This document shows, one piece after another, positions 39,229-49,867 of a stretch of 64,000 bases of DNA. Under the pieces are notes generated by a model. The model saw only the letters and a list, made by a program, of their open reading frames with translations. It searched no databases and was not told the origin of the DNA. Position 1 is the stretch's first letter. Each line of letters starts with the position of its first letter. The stretch lies in NCBI GenBank assembly GCA_963663385.2, contig CAXXXD010000001.1, positions 352,001-416,000 on the forward strand, written 5' to 3'. The translations under genes were made by a program, and so were the position numbers. Source of the stretch: Oceanispirochaeta sp. GTDB lineage: Bacteria; Spirochaetota; Spirochaetia; DSM-2461.

Positions 39229-41223
39229 ATGTTAAAGAGAGTAACCTTGTACTTTTGGATGGCTGCCATTCTTGCACTGTTTGCAAGCGGGTGTTCCAGA
39301 GAGACAAAACAGGAAAATAGAGAGAATACAGAAGTATCGGCTTCAGAAAAACAGGGGAGTGCCGGAAATGATGTGATGAAAAACAGCCAGGCTCCGGAGT
39401 TTCAGGAGCTTGTTGATATGGGGAAACTGCCTCCCCTGGAAGAGAGATTGCCGAAACCGGGTAATATTTTCATCGAAGAAGCAGATGAAATCGGCGTCTA
39501 TGGAGGAACCTGGGATTTAGTCTGGAGGGGAATCGATGATAAATGGACTGTAGGAGGTATCGCTGCGGAAGGTCTGTTTCATTTCGGACCCGACGGCAAA
39601 ACCATATACCCCAATGTCGCCAAAGACTATGAAATCAATGATGATTCCACAATATACACCATTTACTTGCGCGAAGGACTGAAGTGGTCAGACGGCGAGC
39701 CTATGACATCGAAGGATATTACTTTTTACTACAATGAAATGCTTTTAAAGGAAACATTCGGTAAATCCCTCTATCAGTGCTACTACTCGGTCAATCCCGA
39801 AACCGGTGTCAAATCCAGAGCGGAAGTAATTGCGCTGGATGACTATACGGTCCAGATCAAGTTCAAAGACCCCGCTCCAATGTTCCTCAAGAGCATGATT
39901 GTGGATAACCGCTGGTTTTTCTGCCCCTCCCATTTTTATGAAAAGATTCTCCCGGACTTTGTGGGAATGGAGGAAGCGGAAAGAATCGCTAAGGAAAAAG
40001 GATTCAGCGATATCAAAGGATTGGGTAAATGGTATGGCTACTATTACTGGGTCTGGAAAGACAGACCGACATTGAGACCCTGGGTGGCCGCTTCCGACCC
40101 TAATGGTGAAGTCTTCACAATGAAAAGGAATCCCTATTACTGGAAAACCGATTCAAATGGGAATCAGTTGCCTTATATAGACGAAATAAAGTTTAAAAGG
40201 GTTTCCAATAAAGATCAGTATGTGATTGAAGCCATTGCCGGGAATATCGATATGCAGGATTTCTCGATGAACGACTTCACCATGCTGAAAGAAAATGCGG
40301 ACAACGCAGCCAATTATACCTTGAAACTCTATCAGGGCACAAGTTGGGCCGGTTCTGCAATCCAGCTCAATCAGGCTGTAAAAGATAAAAAATATAGAGA
40401 AGTATTTGCCGATATACGATTCCGCGAAGCTCTTTCAATCGCTGTTGACCGGAGATATGTAAGCGAAATCGTAACATCGGGCATTGCTGAGGAACTACAG
40501 ATTGCCCCTCCTGTGGGATTCCCGGGATACGATGAGGAATGGAGTAAAAAATGGATTGAGTACGATCCTGAAAAGGCAAACAGGCTTCTAGAGGATATGG
40601 GCATGAAAGTTGGTGCGGACGGATTCAGAACATTCCGGGACGGATCGAAATTCACACTGACCATCGAAACCGATGACAGCACCAGCGACGGAGCGAACTT
40701 CCTTGAACTGCTGAAGAAATTTTATGAGGATGCGGGAATCCGGACAGATATCAAAGTCATGGAACTTTCTCTTATGAACGAGAAAAAATACGGAAACGAT
40801 ATGATGGCGATTGCCGGAACAACCGGGGATTCGGTTATGCGGTCACTGGATATACTGCTGCGCCCTGATTCCCTGATTCCAATCAGACCGATAATGGTAT
40901 GGTCCAGCGCCTTTGGCGACTATGTCTCGACCGGAGGAGAAAGAGGCGTTAAACCGGAAGGCGACATCGCCGCCATTGTCGAGCTTTGGGATAGCATCAA
41001 AGGGTGCAAAACAGAAGCCGAAGCCAGAAAATATGCCGATCAGATTCTGAATTTACATAAGAAAAACATATACATGATCGGCTATACTTCTCAGACCCCT
41101 TTTGTATTCCTTGTGAAAAACACAATCCGGAATTTACCTGAAGAAGCAATTATGTGTGATGAATTCAGAGCCTGGACAACGCTTCGGCTAAGTAAAGTTT
41201 ATTTTGAAAATGGTGAAGGATAG
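39229..41223 (+). CDS. ABC transporter family-5 solute-binding lipoprotein (DppA/OppA-like, possibly oligosaccharide-binding)
   Basis: Lipobox ASGC, GKLPPLEERLP, LREGLKWSDGEP, RNPYYWKTD..GNQLPYID. Confidence 0.9.
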   Translation: MLKRVTLYFWMAAILALFASGCSRETKQENRENTEVSASEKQGSAGNDVMKNSQAPEFQELVDMGKLPPLEERLPKPGNIFIEEADEIGVYGGTWDLVWRGIDDKWTVGGIAAEGLFHFGPDGKTIYPNVAKDYEINDDSTIYTIYLREGLKWSDGEPMTSKDITFYYNEMLLKETFGKSLYQCYYSVNPETGVKSRAEVIALDDYTVQIKFKDPAPMFLKSMIVDNRWFFCPSHFYEKILPDFVGMEEAERIAKEKGFSDIKGLGKWYGYYYWVWKDRPTLRPWVAASDPNGEVFTMKRNPYYWKTDSNGNQLPYIDEIKFKRVSNKDQYVIEAIAGNIDMQDFSMNDFTMLKENADNAANYTLKLYQGTSWAGSAIQLNQAVKDKKYREVFADIRFREALSIAVDRRYVSEIVTSGIAEELQIAPPVGFPGYDEEWSKKWIEYDPEKANRLLEDMGMKVGADGFRTFRDGSKFTLTIETDDSTSDGANFLELLKKFYEDAGIRTDIKVMELSLMNEKKYGNDMMAIAGTTGDSVMRSLDILLRPDSLIPIRPIMVWSSAFGDYVSTGGERGVKPEGDIAAIVELWDSIKGCKTEAEARKYADQILNLHKKNIYMIGYTSQTPFVFLVKNTIRNLPEEAIMCDEFRAWTTLRLSKVYFENGEG

Positions 41224-41268
41224 ATAATGGAATGGGGGGGGTTACCCCCATTCTGAATAGGAGAAAAT

Positions 41269-42264
41269 ATGGTTAAATACATATGTAAAAGATTAATTGC
41301 CATGTTTATTACCGTCTTGCTGATTTCGTTTTTTGTTTTTGTTATTATTCAGCTTCCACCCGGAGATTATGTCAGTTCCTACATTTCGAGAATGCAGCTT
41401 GAAGGTGAAGTGGTTGACCATATGGTAATTGAACAGTTGAGAGCTGATTTCGGACTGGATAAACCGCTTATCGCTCAGTATTTTTCCTGGATTACAGATA
41501 TAATCCTTCGCTTTGATTTCGGATATTCATTTGCCTATCAGAGACCTGTGACAGATATTATCGCACAAAGGTTGGGTATGACTTTATTAGTATCCTCCCT
41601 TACGATGATTTTTACATATATGCTATCGATTCCCATAGGTATATACAGTGCCATAAAACAGTATTCCATAGGAGATTATGTTTTTACAACTATCGGATTC
41701 ATCGGGATGGCCACTCCGAATTTCCTTTTTGCCATTATCCTGATGTATCTGTCCTTTATATGGACAGGAGACCCGATGCTTGGCCTGGTTTCTACTGAAA
41801 TGATGGATAACCTGATGTCTTTCAGTACTTTTATAGAATTTTCAAAAAGGATGATAATTCCGGTAATCGTCATCGGCACAGCCAATACATGCGGTCTCAT
41901 TCGTACCATGAGAAGCCAGATGCTGGACGAAATTACAAAACAGTATACATTGACAGCAAGAGCGAAGGGACTGCCTGAAGGTAAAATTTATTTAAAGTAT
42001 TGCGCCCGGGCAGCTATCAATCCCATTGCGGCAAGTCTGGGTTGGTCATTGGCTGCGATCTTCACGGGATCAACCATTTCCGCCATTGTTATGAACCTGC
42101 CGACTCAGGGGCCGGTTATGCTCCAGGCTCTAAAAACTCAGGATATGTATCTGGCAGGGAGTCTGCTATTAATCATGTCAGTCCTGACTGTTACAGGCAC
42201 CCTGATTTCAGATCTGCTTTTAGCCTGGCTGGATCCCATGTTGCGTAAAGAAGGGTGGCGATAG
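41269..42264 (+). CDS. Dpp/Opp-type ABC permease (DppB-like)
   Basis: LPPGDY, GLDKP, TARAKGL, LLAWLDP. Confidence 0.93.
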   Translation: MVKYICKRLIAMFITVLLISFFVFVIIQLPPGDYVSSYISRMQLEGEVVDHMVIEQLRADFGLDKPLIAQYFSWITDIILRFDFGYSFAYQRPVTDIIAQRLGMTLLVSSLTMIFTYMLSIPIGIYSAIKQYSIGDYVFTTIGFIGMATPNFLFAIILMYLSFIWTGDPMLGLVSTEMMDNLMSFSTFIEFSKRMIIPVIVIGTANTCGLIRTMRSQMLDEITKQYTLTARAKGLPEGKIYLKYCARAAINPIAASLGWSLAAIFTGSTISAIVMNLPTQGPVMLQALKTQDMYLAGSLLLIMSVLTVTGTLISDLLLAWLDPMLRKEGWR

Positions 42265-42357
42265 AGCTGTTTGCGTTATATGCAACTGCTACCGGCGGCT
42301 CTGGAAATCATGGGGCATTGATGCTCTGTGCAATTATAGTAATTAAGGACTTTTATT

Positions 42358-43560
42358 ATGTCTTCTCTACAATATGTAATTAATAATAGAAAGACTCGAA
42401 TTATTTCGATTCTACGTAATGTAATAGTTAAGAAGTGGTATAAACCCCGGAAAAAAGAGAATGAGAATTTAGATTATTACTTTTCTTCCCAGTGGCAGCT
42501 TATGGGAAGGAAACTTGTTAAGCACAAGCTGGCCAGATGCAGCATTATAATACTGTCCATTCTGTATACCGGTGTATTCTTTGCGCCCTTCATAGCGCCA
42601 TACAGTCTGTTCAGTTATAATCCCGACACCATTAATTGTCCTCCCACGACCGTACACATCTGGGATAGGGAGACCGGGAAAATAACATTTCCCTTTGTAT
42701 ACGGATTAAAGACAGAACGGGATTCTGAAACCTACAGAAAACTGTTTGTCGATGATGTAACTCAAAAATATCCTATCAGGTTCTTTGCGGATGGGGAGCC
42801 GTACAAGTTGCTTGGATTGTTTCAAACAAAGAGACACCTGTTTGGTATCGAAAGGGGTGATACCCTGGCCGGCTTGTTTCTATTCGGGACTGATGCTATG
42901 GGCAGAGACCTGTTTTCCCGTATTCTGCTGGGAAGTCAGGTATCCCTGACGATTCCCTTTATCGCGACTTTTATCAATTTTGTATTGGGTCTTTCGATCG
43001 GCAGTATTTCGGGATATTTTGGAGGAATCGTTGACCGGATCATACAAAGGCTTATCGAAGTTATAATGTCCTTCCCTACCATCCCCCTGTGGATGGCTCT
43101 GGCGGCCGCTATCCCTGCCAGAGTTTCAGTTGTAATGATGTATCTGCTTATCACAATAATCATATCCTTTATAACATGGACAAAACTGGCCAGAACCGTT
43201 CGAAGCAAGTTTATCTCATTGAGAAATAATGAGTATGTTCTAGCCGCAAAAGTAGCTGGTGTTACCGATTTTAAAATCATAACCAGACACTTAATCCCCG
43301 GATTTATGAGCTATCTCATTGTGGATCTGACGCTAAGTATTCCCGGTATGATTCTGGGAGAAACGTCAATGAGTTTTCTGGGGCTGGGCATCCGCTCTCC
43401 TGCAACCAGCTGGGGGGTCCTTCTACAGGAAGCTCAGAATATTCAGAATGTAGCTCTCTATCCCTGGAAGCTTATCCCGCTGCTCTTTGTAATCATTGCG
43501 GTTCTCGCCTTTAATTTTCTGGGCGATGGCATTAGAGATGCTGCAGATCCATATAAATAG
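42358..43560 (+). CDS. Dpp/Opp-type ABC permease (DppC-like); start uncertain
   Basis: SQWQLM, FGTDAMGRDLFSR, SFLGLG, SWGVLL, FNFLGDGIRDAADP. Confidence 0.9.
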   Translation: MSSLQYVINNRKTRIISILRNVIVKKWYKPRKKENENLDYYFSSQWQLMGRKLVKHKLARCSIIILSILYTGVFFAPFIAPYSLFSYNPDTINCPPTTVHIWDRETGKITFPFVYGLKTERDSETYRKLFVDDVTQKYPIRFFADGEPYKLLGLFQTKRHLFGIERGDTLAGLFLFGTDAMGRDLFSRILLGSQVSLTIPFIATFINFVLGLSIGSISGYFGGIVDRIIQRLIEVIMSFPTIPLWMALAAAIPARVSVVMMYLLITIIISFITWTKLARTVRSKFISLRNNEYVLAAKVAGVTDFKIITRHLIPGFMSYLIVDLTLSIPGMILGETSMSFLGLGIRSPATSWGVLLQEAQNIQNVALYPWKLIPLLFVIIAVLAFNFLGDGIRDAADPYK

Positions 43561-43574
43561 ACAGGAGGGATGGG

Positions 43575-44561
43575 GTGTTAAAGGTTAAAGACTTGAAAAT
43601 TGATATAAAAACCGATGACGGAGTGCTGAATGCCGTGAGGGGAATCAGTTTCAGATTAAAAAATGGAAGCACATTGGGACTTGTCGGTGAATCGGGATGC
43701 GGAAAAAGCCTGACAAGCAAATCCATTCTCGGGATAAATCCCAAAAAATGCATTGCTTCAGGAGAGATTCTATTCCGTAAAGGGGACAATGAGTTTGATC
43801 TTTTACAGCTCAAACAGGGAGGAAAAGAGATACGTTCAATCCGTGGTTCCGAAATTTCAATGATTTTTCAGGAACCCATGACAGCGTTTTCTCCCATGTA
43901 TACAATCGGTAATCAGATAATGGAAAACGCATTGCTGCATATAACCGGAAAAAAAGCGGAAGCCAGGGAAATCTCTCTGGCCATGATGAAACTTGTGGGC
44001 ATAGCAAACTGCGAAAAGCGCTTCAATCAGTATCCCCATGAGTTTTCCGGCGGGATGCTACAGCGGGCATTAATTGCCATGGCCCTTATCTGTAAACCAA
44101 GTCTGCTAATCGCAGATGAACCGACGACAGCTCTGGATGTTACGATTCAGGCCCAGATTCTGGAATTGATGCAGGAGATTCAAAAAGAGCTCGGCATGTC
44201 AATTCTGTATATAACTCACGATCTGGGAACTGTTGCCTCAATGTGCGAATCTGTCGCCGTTATGTACCTCGGTGAAATTGTGGAATACGGCAATGTGGTG
44301 GATATTTTCCACAATCCCAGACACCCCTATACAAGAGGATTACTGGATTCAATACCCAAAATGGGTAATAAAGACAAACCTCTCACATCCATTAACGGTG
44401 TTGTGCCTGTTCCCTATAATCTACCCCCCGGCTGCGGATTTTACAACAGATGCAAAATGGCGATTGAAGGGCAGTGCAATGTCGGTAATATTGACAATAT
44501 TGATTTGGGTAATAACCACTATGTTAAATGTGTTTTATGGAAAGAAGGAGATTCCAAGTGA
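43575..44561 (+). CDS. Dpp/Opp ABC ATP-binding protein (DppD-like)
   Basis: [31 protein letters not shown]-terminal Cys cluster. Confidence 0.94.
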   Translation: MLKVKDLKIDIKTDDGVLNAVRGISFRLKNGSTLGLVGESGCGKSLTSKSILGINPKKCIASGEILFRKGDNEFDLLQLKQGGKEIRSIRGSEISMIFQEPMTAFSPMYTIGNQIMENALLHITGKKAEAREISLAMMKLVGIANCEKRFNQYPHEFSGGMLQRALIAMALICKPSLLIADEPTTALDVTIQAQILELMQEIQKELGMSILYITHDLGTVASMCESVAVMYLGEIVEYGNVVDIFHNPRHPYTRGLLDSIPKMGNKDKPLTSINGVVPVPYNLPPGCGFYNRCKMAIEGQCNVGNIDNIDLGNNHYVKCVLWKEGDSK

Positions 44562-45541
44562 ATGAAGTGCTGCTGGATGTGGAAAACTTATCCAAAAACT
44601 TTGAAAGCAACAGGATTACTGTAAAAGCGGTCTCTGATCTTTCATTTAAAATATATAAAGGGGAAACCTTCGGACTTGTCGGTGAATCAGGATCCGGTAA
44701 AACAACTGCGGGCAGATGCATTGCAAGAGTTATCGAATCTTCTGCCGGAAAGGTATTTTACAATGCAGAAAACAACTCAAAGTATGATTTCCTGAGTATT
44801 TCAAAAAAAGAGTACTCTAAACTCCGGCGGGAAATCCAGATGATATTTCAGGATCCCTTCGCCTCTCTTGATCCCAGAATGACAGTATACGATATTATCG
44901 GCGAACCCCTCTCGGCCAATTTCAAACTGACAAAAGCGGAGTATGATGATAAAATCCGGCGTATGGCAGAAAAAGTCGGATTGAATGTAAGTTACCTTAG
45001 GCGCTATCCGCATGCTTTTTCCGGAGGTCAAAGACAAAGGATCGGAATAGCGAGAGCATTAATTACGCTGCCTCGTCTGGTTGTCTGCGATGAAGCAGTT
45101 TCCGCTTTGGATGTTTCAGTACAGGCTCAGACAATAAATCTGTTAAAAGAGCTTCAGACCGAATTCGGGCTTACCTATATCTTTATTTCCCATGATTTAT
45201 CTGTAGTGGAATATATATCGGATAAAATAGGCGTTATGTATCTCGGGAAACTGGTAGAGATGGCGGAGACAAATGAATTGTTCAGCAATACAAAGCATCC
45301 CTATACTCAGGCTTTGCTCTCTGCTGTTCCGGTTCCGGATCCATTGAACAAAACAAAGAGAATCCCCTTGGAGGGGGAAATCCCCAATCCTGCGAATCCC
45401 CCTTCTGGCTGTCAATTCCATACAAGGTGCCATTATTGTCAGGACATCTGCGTAAATGAAATTCCGGAAATGCAGGAAATTGCAGAGAATCATTTCGTTG
45501 CGTGCCACCGTGCCCGTGAATTGGCTCTGAGCTCACAATAA
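44558..45541 (+). CDS. Dpp/Opp ABC ATP-binding protein (DppF-like)
   Basis: GESGSGKTT, YPHAFSGGQRQR, CDEAVSALD, PSGCQFHTRC; GTG start overlapping the dppD stop, with AGGAG RBS. Confidence 0.94.
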   Translation: MNEVLLDVENLSKNFESNRITVKAVSDLSFKIYKGETFGLVGESGSGKTTAGRCIARVIESSAGKVFYNAENNSKYDFLSISKKEYSKLRREIQMIFQDPFASLDPRMTVYDIIGEPLSANFKLTKAEYDDKIRRMAEKVGLNVSYLRRYPHAFSGGQRQRIGIARALITLPRLVVCDEAVSALDVSVQAQTINLLKELQTEFGLTYIFISHDLSVVEYISDKIGVMYLGKLVEMAETNELFSNTKHPYTQALLSAVPVPDPLNKTKRIPLEGEIPNPANPPSGCQFHTRCHYCQDICVNEIPEMQEIAENHFVACHRARELALSSQ

Positions 45542-45557
45542 ATACCAGGATATAAAA

Positions 45558-47435
45558 TTGTTGAATGTAGTGATCAGAATTATTCGAAAAATGAAGATCT
45601 ATCCCCGTCTGATCGTATCGTTTATCGTAATTATGATCACTGCAAGCGCAATTATTTCCGGTTTCAATGCCAGGAATTATGTTAATAAAGTTAAGTTGAG
45701 TTACTACAAGAAAATGGAATATACCATAAATATTTCAACGGCTTTGATACAGTCAATTCTGAAGAGATATGAGGAGCTGGGATACAGAATCTTTGATGAT
45801 AATAGAGTAATGGGGATTTTGAACCTGGCGGAAAGGAAGGCTCAATTAATAGATGGAAGCGATTACGGCCTTTTATATGAACGGCAGTATCAAAGCTATA
45901 AACACAATCTGGGCAATCAATTATACGAGATATACAAGAAGGATAACTATATCAAAAGCATTTTCTATCTTGTTGAAGACAGACAGTATGAAATGTACGA
46001 TATTACTTTTGAACGGCAGGGGGGTCACATCAGTGATGTAGAGGGATTCATCAGATCAGAGGGTTTCAAACAAATACTGGATAGTCAGAAGTCTCCAGTC
46101 TGGTCAGAACTCAATTATACCTATTTTGATTTCTACGGGGACTATGGAAAACAGAAACCTGTCCTGATGCTCGCCATGAATAACTATGACTTCAATGACG
46201 AATTTAACGGAACTCTCATTATATGCATTAATATGGCAGCCATAACGGATGTATTCTCATCCTATCGTTATGATGGGGACGGTAATGTGCTTTTAGTAAC
46301 TGAAACATCTAAACATATTTCCCTTCAGGAAAGTAAAGAAAACACAACAACTCCTGCTGATTATGAATTTCCGGGATTAATTGGACCGGATGATCGTTCC
46401 ATAAAAGAAGAGAAGATCAACGGCATCAAAAGTATTGTTGCCTACGCGCGAATTCCAGGCACAGGCATGTATACTATTAATATTGCGGATTATTCAAACC
46501 TGCTAAAGGGCTTTGAAACCATAAAGTCAAGTAATTATTTAATGATACTGGTCGTTATCGTATTATCAATGATTATCCACTATTTTATAACTCTCAGTAT
46601 TACAAGACCCCTGAATAATCTGAAAAAAACGATGGATATGACAACTGATGATAATTTTGATAACCTTTATTTAGATAGTACAGGAGATGAAATAGCATCA
46701 ATCGGATACCATTACAATAAGCTGGTCAAACGGATAAAGATTCTGATTGATGAAGTCTATAAGGCGGAACTGCATCAGAAGGAGTTGGATTTCAGAAAGA
46801 AAAATGCCGAACTGAATGCTCTTCTGGCACAAATCAATCCTCATTTTATATATAATACCTTGGATATTATCAGGTGGCAGGCTGTAAAAGAAGTCGGTAC
46901 GGATAGCAAAGCAAATCGGATGATAATTGATTTCTCGAATATGCTTCGGATCGGGACCGATAAATCCAATGATATAGTTCCGATTATTGAAGAGATCGAG
47001 CATGTCAAAGCCTATGTGAAACTAGTCAATTATAAGTATATAAAAAATCCCATCAACTTTACGATATCTCTGAATTTCGATACGTGCAATCAGTTCCTGA
47101 CAAAGCTCACTCTACAGCCCATTGTCGAGAATTGTGTCCTCCACGGTTTTGAAAACAATATTGAGGATAAACGGATCAGAATTGCCGGAGAAGTATTGGG
47201 CGACAAACTTCACATTTCTATCGAAGACAATGGCGGTGGAATGACCGAAGATGTTCTGCATACTGTCAGAAGAAATATAAATACCGGTGATTGGAATAAT
47301 ACCAGTATCGGTCTCCGGAATGTATGCGAAAGACTGAAATTATTTTTTAAAGAAGATAGTTATCTGATGATTGATAGTATGATAAATGAGGGAACTAAAG
47401 TAACAGTTGTTGTTCCATATAATAATAAAATATAG
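45558..47435 (+). CDS. YesM-like sensor histidine kinase
   Basis: Two TM, HAMP, AQINPHFIYNTL, LQPIVENCVLHG, EDNGGG, SIGLRNV. Confidence 0.92.
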   Translation: MLNVVIRIIRKMKIYPRLIVSFIVIMITASAIISGFNARNYVNKVKLSYYKKMEYTINISTALIQSILKRYEELGYRIFDDNRVMGILNLAERKAQLIDGSDYGLLYERQYQSYKHNLGNQLYEIYKKDNYIKSIFYLVEDRQYEMYDITFERQGGHISDVEGFIRSEGFKQILDSQKSPVWSELNYTYFDFYGDYGKQKPVLMLAMNNYDFNDEFNGTLIICINMAAITDVFSSYRYDGDGNVLLVTETSKHISLQESKENTTTPADYEFPGLIGPDDRSIKEEKINGIKSIVAYARIPGTGMYTINIADYSNLLKGFETIKSSNYLMILVVIVLSMIIHYFITLSITRPLNNLKKTMDMTTDDNFDNLYLDSTGDEIASIGYHYNKLVKRIKILIDEVYKAELHQKELDFRKKNAELNALLAQINPHFIYNTLDIIRWQAVKEVGTDSKANRMIIDFSNMLRIGTDKSNDIVPIIEEIEHVKAYVKLVNYKYIKNPINFTISLNFDTCNQFLTKLTLQPIVENCVLHGFENNIEDKRIRIAGEVLGDKLHISIEDNGGGMTEDVLHTVRRNINTGDWNNTSIGLRNVCERLKLFFKEDSYLMIDSMINEGTKVTVVVPYNNKI

Positions 47436-47446
47436 GTGGTGACAGT

Positions 47447-49003
47447 TTGTATAACCTTTTAATTGTTGATGATGAAGAAATTATACTCAATGGATTAGAA
47501 GAATACATCGACTGGAAGGCTCTGAATATCAGTAATGTCTATACGGCAGGTTCTGCGGATATGGCTCTTTCCATTCTTTCAGAAAAGGATGTTGATATTG
47601 TATTAACCGATATCAGGATGCCAGTACATGATGGACTCTACTTAACGGAAAGAATTAAAAGGGAATATGAAAATGTAAAGGTCCTGATATTGAGTGGCTA
47701 CAGTGATTTCGAATATGCAAAAAGTGCGATTCATCTTGGGGTGGAAGACTATTTGCTGAAACCGGTTGATTTCAATGAGTTAACCAAATCCGTTATTCTT
47801 ATTCTGAAGAAAATCGAAGAAGAAAGAAAGATTTGTCAATTAAAACAGGATTTTGAGGGCCAGAAAATTGATCAGTTTTTTAACGATCTGATTTTTGGAA
47901 ATCCCCACTCAAAACCTCTGAATTCTGTTCAGTTTGTTATGCCCCGCGGTAAATTCTATGTTGTGCGAATTGTTATTTTAGATAAGGGGATGCTCAGTGA
48001 GTATAAGAAGAAGCTGAAATCCTCTATTACGGCAGCGTCAAATTTGAATAGAGGAATTAGTGCCTACTATCTGTTTAATAATATGGCTCAGGAATTGACA
48101 ATGGTCGTATACACCCAATCTGAAAAAAACCTGGAGAAGCTGGCATCGGATATTTTAAGCCATATCAGCTTTTCTGCCGTGCTTGGAGCAAGTTCACAGA
48201 AAGAATCCCTGACACTTATTTCCAGAGCCTATGACGAAGCGGGAGAAGCTACCAATTATCAGTTCGTTGATAAAAAAAGTCATATTATTTTTTATTCCAG
48301 AATTAAACAGGCTTTTGTAAAAACAATTTCAGAGAATAAACAGATTCGAAAATCTGTTATAGAATTATTGCCCCAGGGCAGAAATAAACTCAGTATTTAT
48401 CTGGATTCCATATTAGAGAAATATAGAAATGGATCGCAGGTTGATTCTGCAGTCTACGGAGAGTTGGTTCGAGCCTACATCTGCATATACAATTATCACC
48501 TCCGGTTACATGAAGAAAATATGATCGATGTCTATATCCATATTAAAAGACTCTTTTCTTCAGGAACGTATAAGGAAATAAAGCTGGCAATTTCAGATTA
48601 CCTGGAATGCTGTGACAGGTATGAATTGCATGATGATTCTATCCAGACCAACATCATTGAGAAGGCAAAAGATCATATAGAAAACTATTATTATCAGAAT
48701 ATCACGTTAAATCATCTTTCTGAAATATTATATATTCATCCCAATTACCTGAGTCGATTGTTTAAAGATAAAACCGGGCAGAATTTTTCAAAATACCTGA
48801 TGAATGTCAGAATTGAAGTAGCCAGGAAATTACTATCAAATAATAAATTAAAAGTTTATCAAATCGCAGAAATGGTAGGATACGGAAGTAACAAGTATTT
48901 TGTAAAAGTCTTTAAGGAATCAACAGGTCTTGTCCCCAGAGAATACAGGGATAAGTATGCGTCCCCGACTGGCAATGATTTACAGATTTTTCCGGGTGAA
49001 TGA
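47447..49003 (+). CDS. YesN-like response regulator (receiver + AraC HTH)
   Basis: IVDDE, LTDIRMP, YLLKP; IHPNYLSRLFK...VGY...YF.KVFK. Confidence 0.93.
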   Translation: MYNLLIVDDEEIILNGLEEYIDWKALNISNVYTAGSADMALSILSEKDVDIVLTDIRMPVHDGLYLTERIKREYENVKVLILSGYSDFEYAKSAIHLGVEDYLLKPVDFNELTKSVILILKKIEEERKICQLKQDFEGQKIDQFFNDLIFGNPHSKPLNSVQFVMPRGKFYVVRIVILDKGMLSEYKKKLKSSITAASNLNRGISAYYLFNNMAQELTMVVYTQSEKNLEKLASDILSHISFSAVLGASSQKESLTLISRAYDEAGEATNYQFVDKKSHIIFYSRIKQAFVKTISENKQIRKSVIELLPQGRNKLSIYLDSILEKYRNGSQVDSAVYGELVRAYICIYNYHLRLHEENMIDVYIHIKRLFSSGTYKEIKLAISDYLECCDRYELHDDSIQTNIIEKAKDHIENYYYQNITLNHLSEILYIHPNYLSRLFKDKTGQNFSKYLMNVRIEVARKLLSNNKLKVYQIAEMVGYGSNKYFVKVFKESTGLVPREYRDKYASPTGNDLQIFPGE

Positions 49004-49239
49004 AAGGATTCGCTTCAATATTCTTTCTGTCTTACAGATACAACACCGGCAGACGGATGGGCTCTGACCCTACGGATCCCATTGGTTATTAGAGCAGTCT
49101 GGCAGATTCAGTGCCGGTACGTATTGAATTCTGAAAAATCGTTTTATGCTTCCGGTTTACAGTAACTATTTACCATACATTAATCTCTCTATATAATAAC
49201 GGCTTTTACAGAAACACTTTAATAAATGAGGAACATTCA

Positions 49240-49815
49240 ATGAGCAATGAAATGTCCATCATGGACAGAACTTCGAATCCCGCCCCCCTGGGACTGATGG
49301 GGTTCGGGATGACAACGGTTCTTTTGAACCTGCATAATGCCGGATTTTTTCCCCTGGATGCCATGATCCTGGCCATGGGGATCTTCTACGGAGGATTGGC
49401 TCAGGTCGTCGCCGGCATAATGGAATGGAAAAAGGGGAACACCTTCGGAACAACCGCCTTTACCTCCTACGGCTTTTTCTGGCTTACCCTTGTGGGACTG
49501 AAAACCATGCCCCTGATGGGACTGGCTGATGCGCCCGGTGTGTTTGCCATGGCATCCTATCTGATTATGTGGGGTATTTTTACCGGGGTACTGTTTATAG
49601 GAACCCTTAGACTGAACAGGGCCCTTCAGGTTGTATTCGGTTCCCTGACAATCCTGTTCTTCCTGCTGGCTGTCGGTGATATTACGGGGAATACGTTCAT
49701 TAAACATTTTACCGGCTTTGAAGGAATATTCTGCGGACTGTCTGCCATCTACGCAGGACTCGGGCAGGTTCTGAACGAAGTATACGGAAAGAAAGTCTGT
49801 CCTCTAGGGGATTAA
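49240..49815 (+). CDS. satP: Acetate uptake transporter, GPR1/FUN34/YaaH family
   Basis: [43 protein letters not shown]. Confidence 0.93.
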   Translation: MSNEMSIMDRTSNPAPLGLMGFGMTTVLLNLHNAGFFPLDAMILAMGIFYGGLAQVVAGIMEWKKGNTFGTTAFTSYGFFWLTLVGLKTMPLMGLADAPGVFAMASYLIMWGIFTGVLFIGTLRLNRALQVVFGSLTILFFLLAVGDITGNTFIKHFTGFEGIFCGLSAIYAGLGQVLNEVYGKKVCPLGD

Positions 49816-49819
49816 ACAG

Positions 49820-49849
49820 CCTCCCCTGCCCCTCCTTCAAAGGAGGGGA
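49820..49849. repeat. REP-like palindrome / terminator between convergent satP and lepB
   Basis: CCTCCCCTG-CCCCTCCTT-CA-AAGGAGGGG. Confidence 0.5.
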
Positions 49850-49867
49850 GGAATTGCCTGCCCCTAA

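Noticed and set aside
49030..49095. RHS-core-like peptide YRYNTGRRMGSDPTDPIGY in an intergenic frame
   Set aside because: Too short and degenerate; no YD repeats or immunity gene nearby
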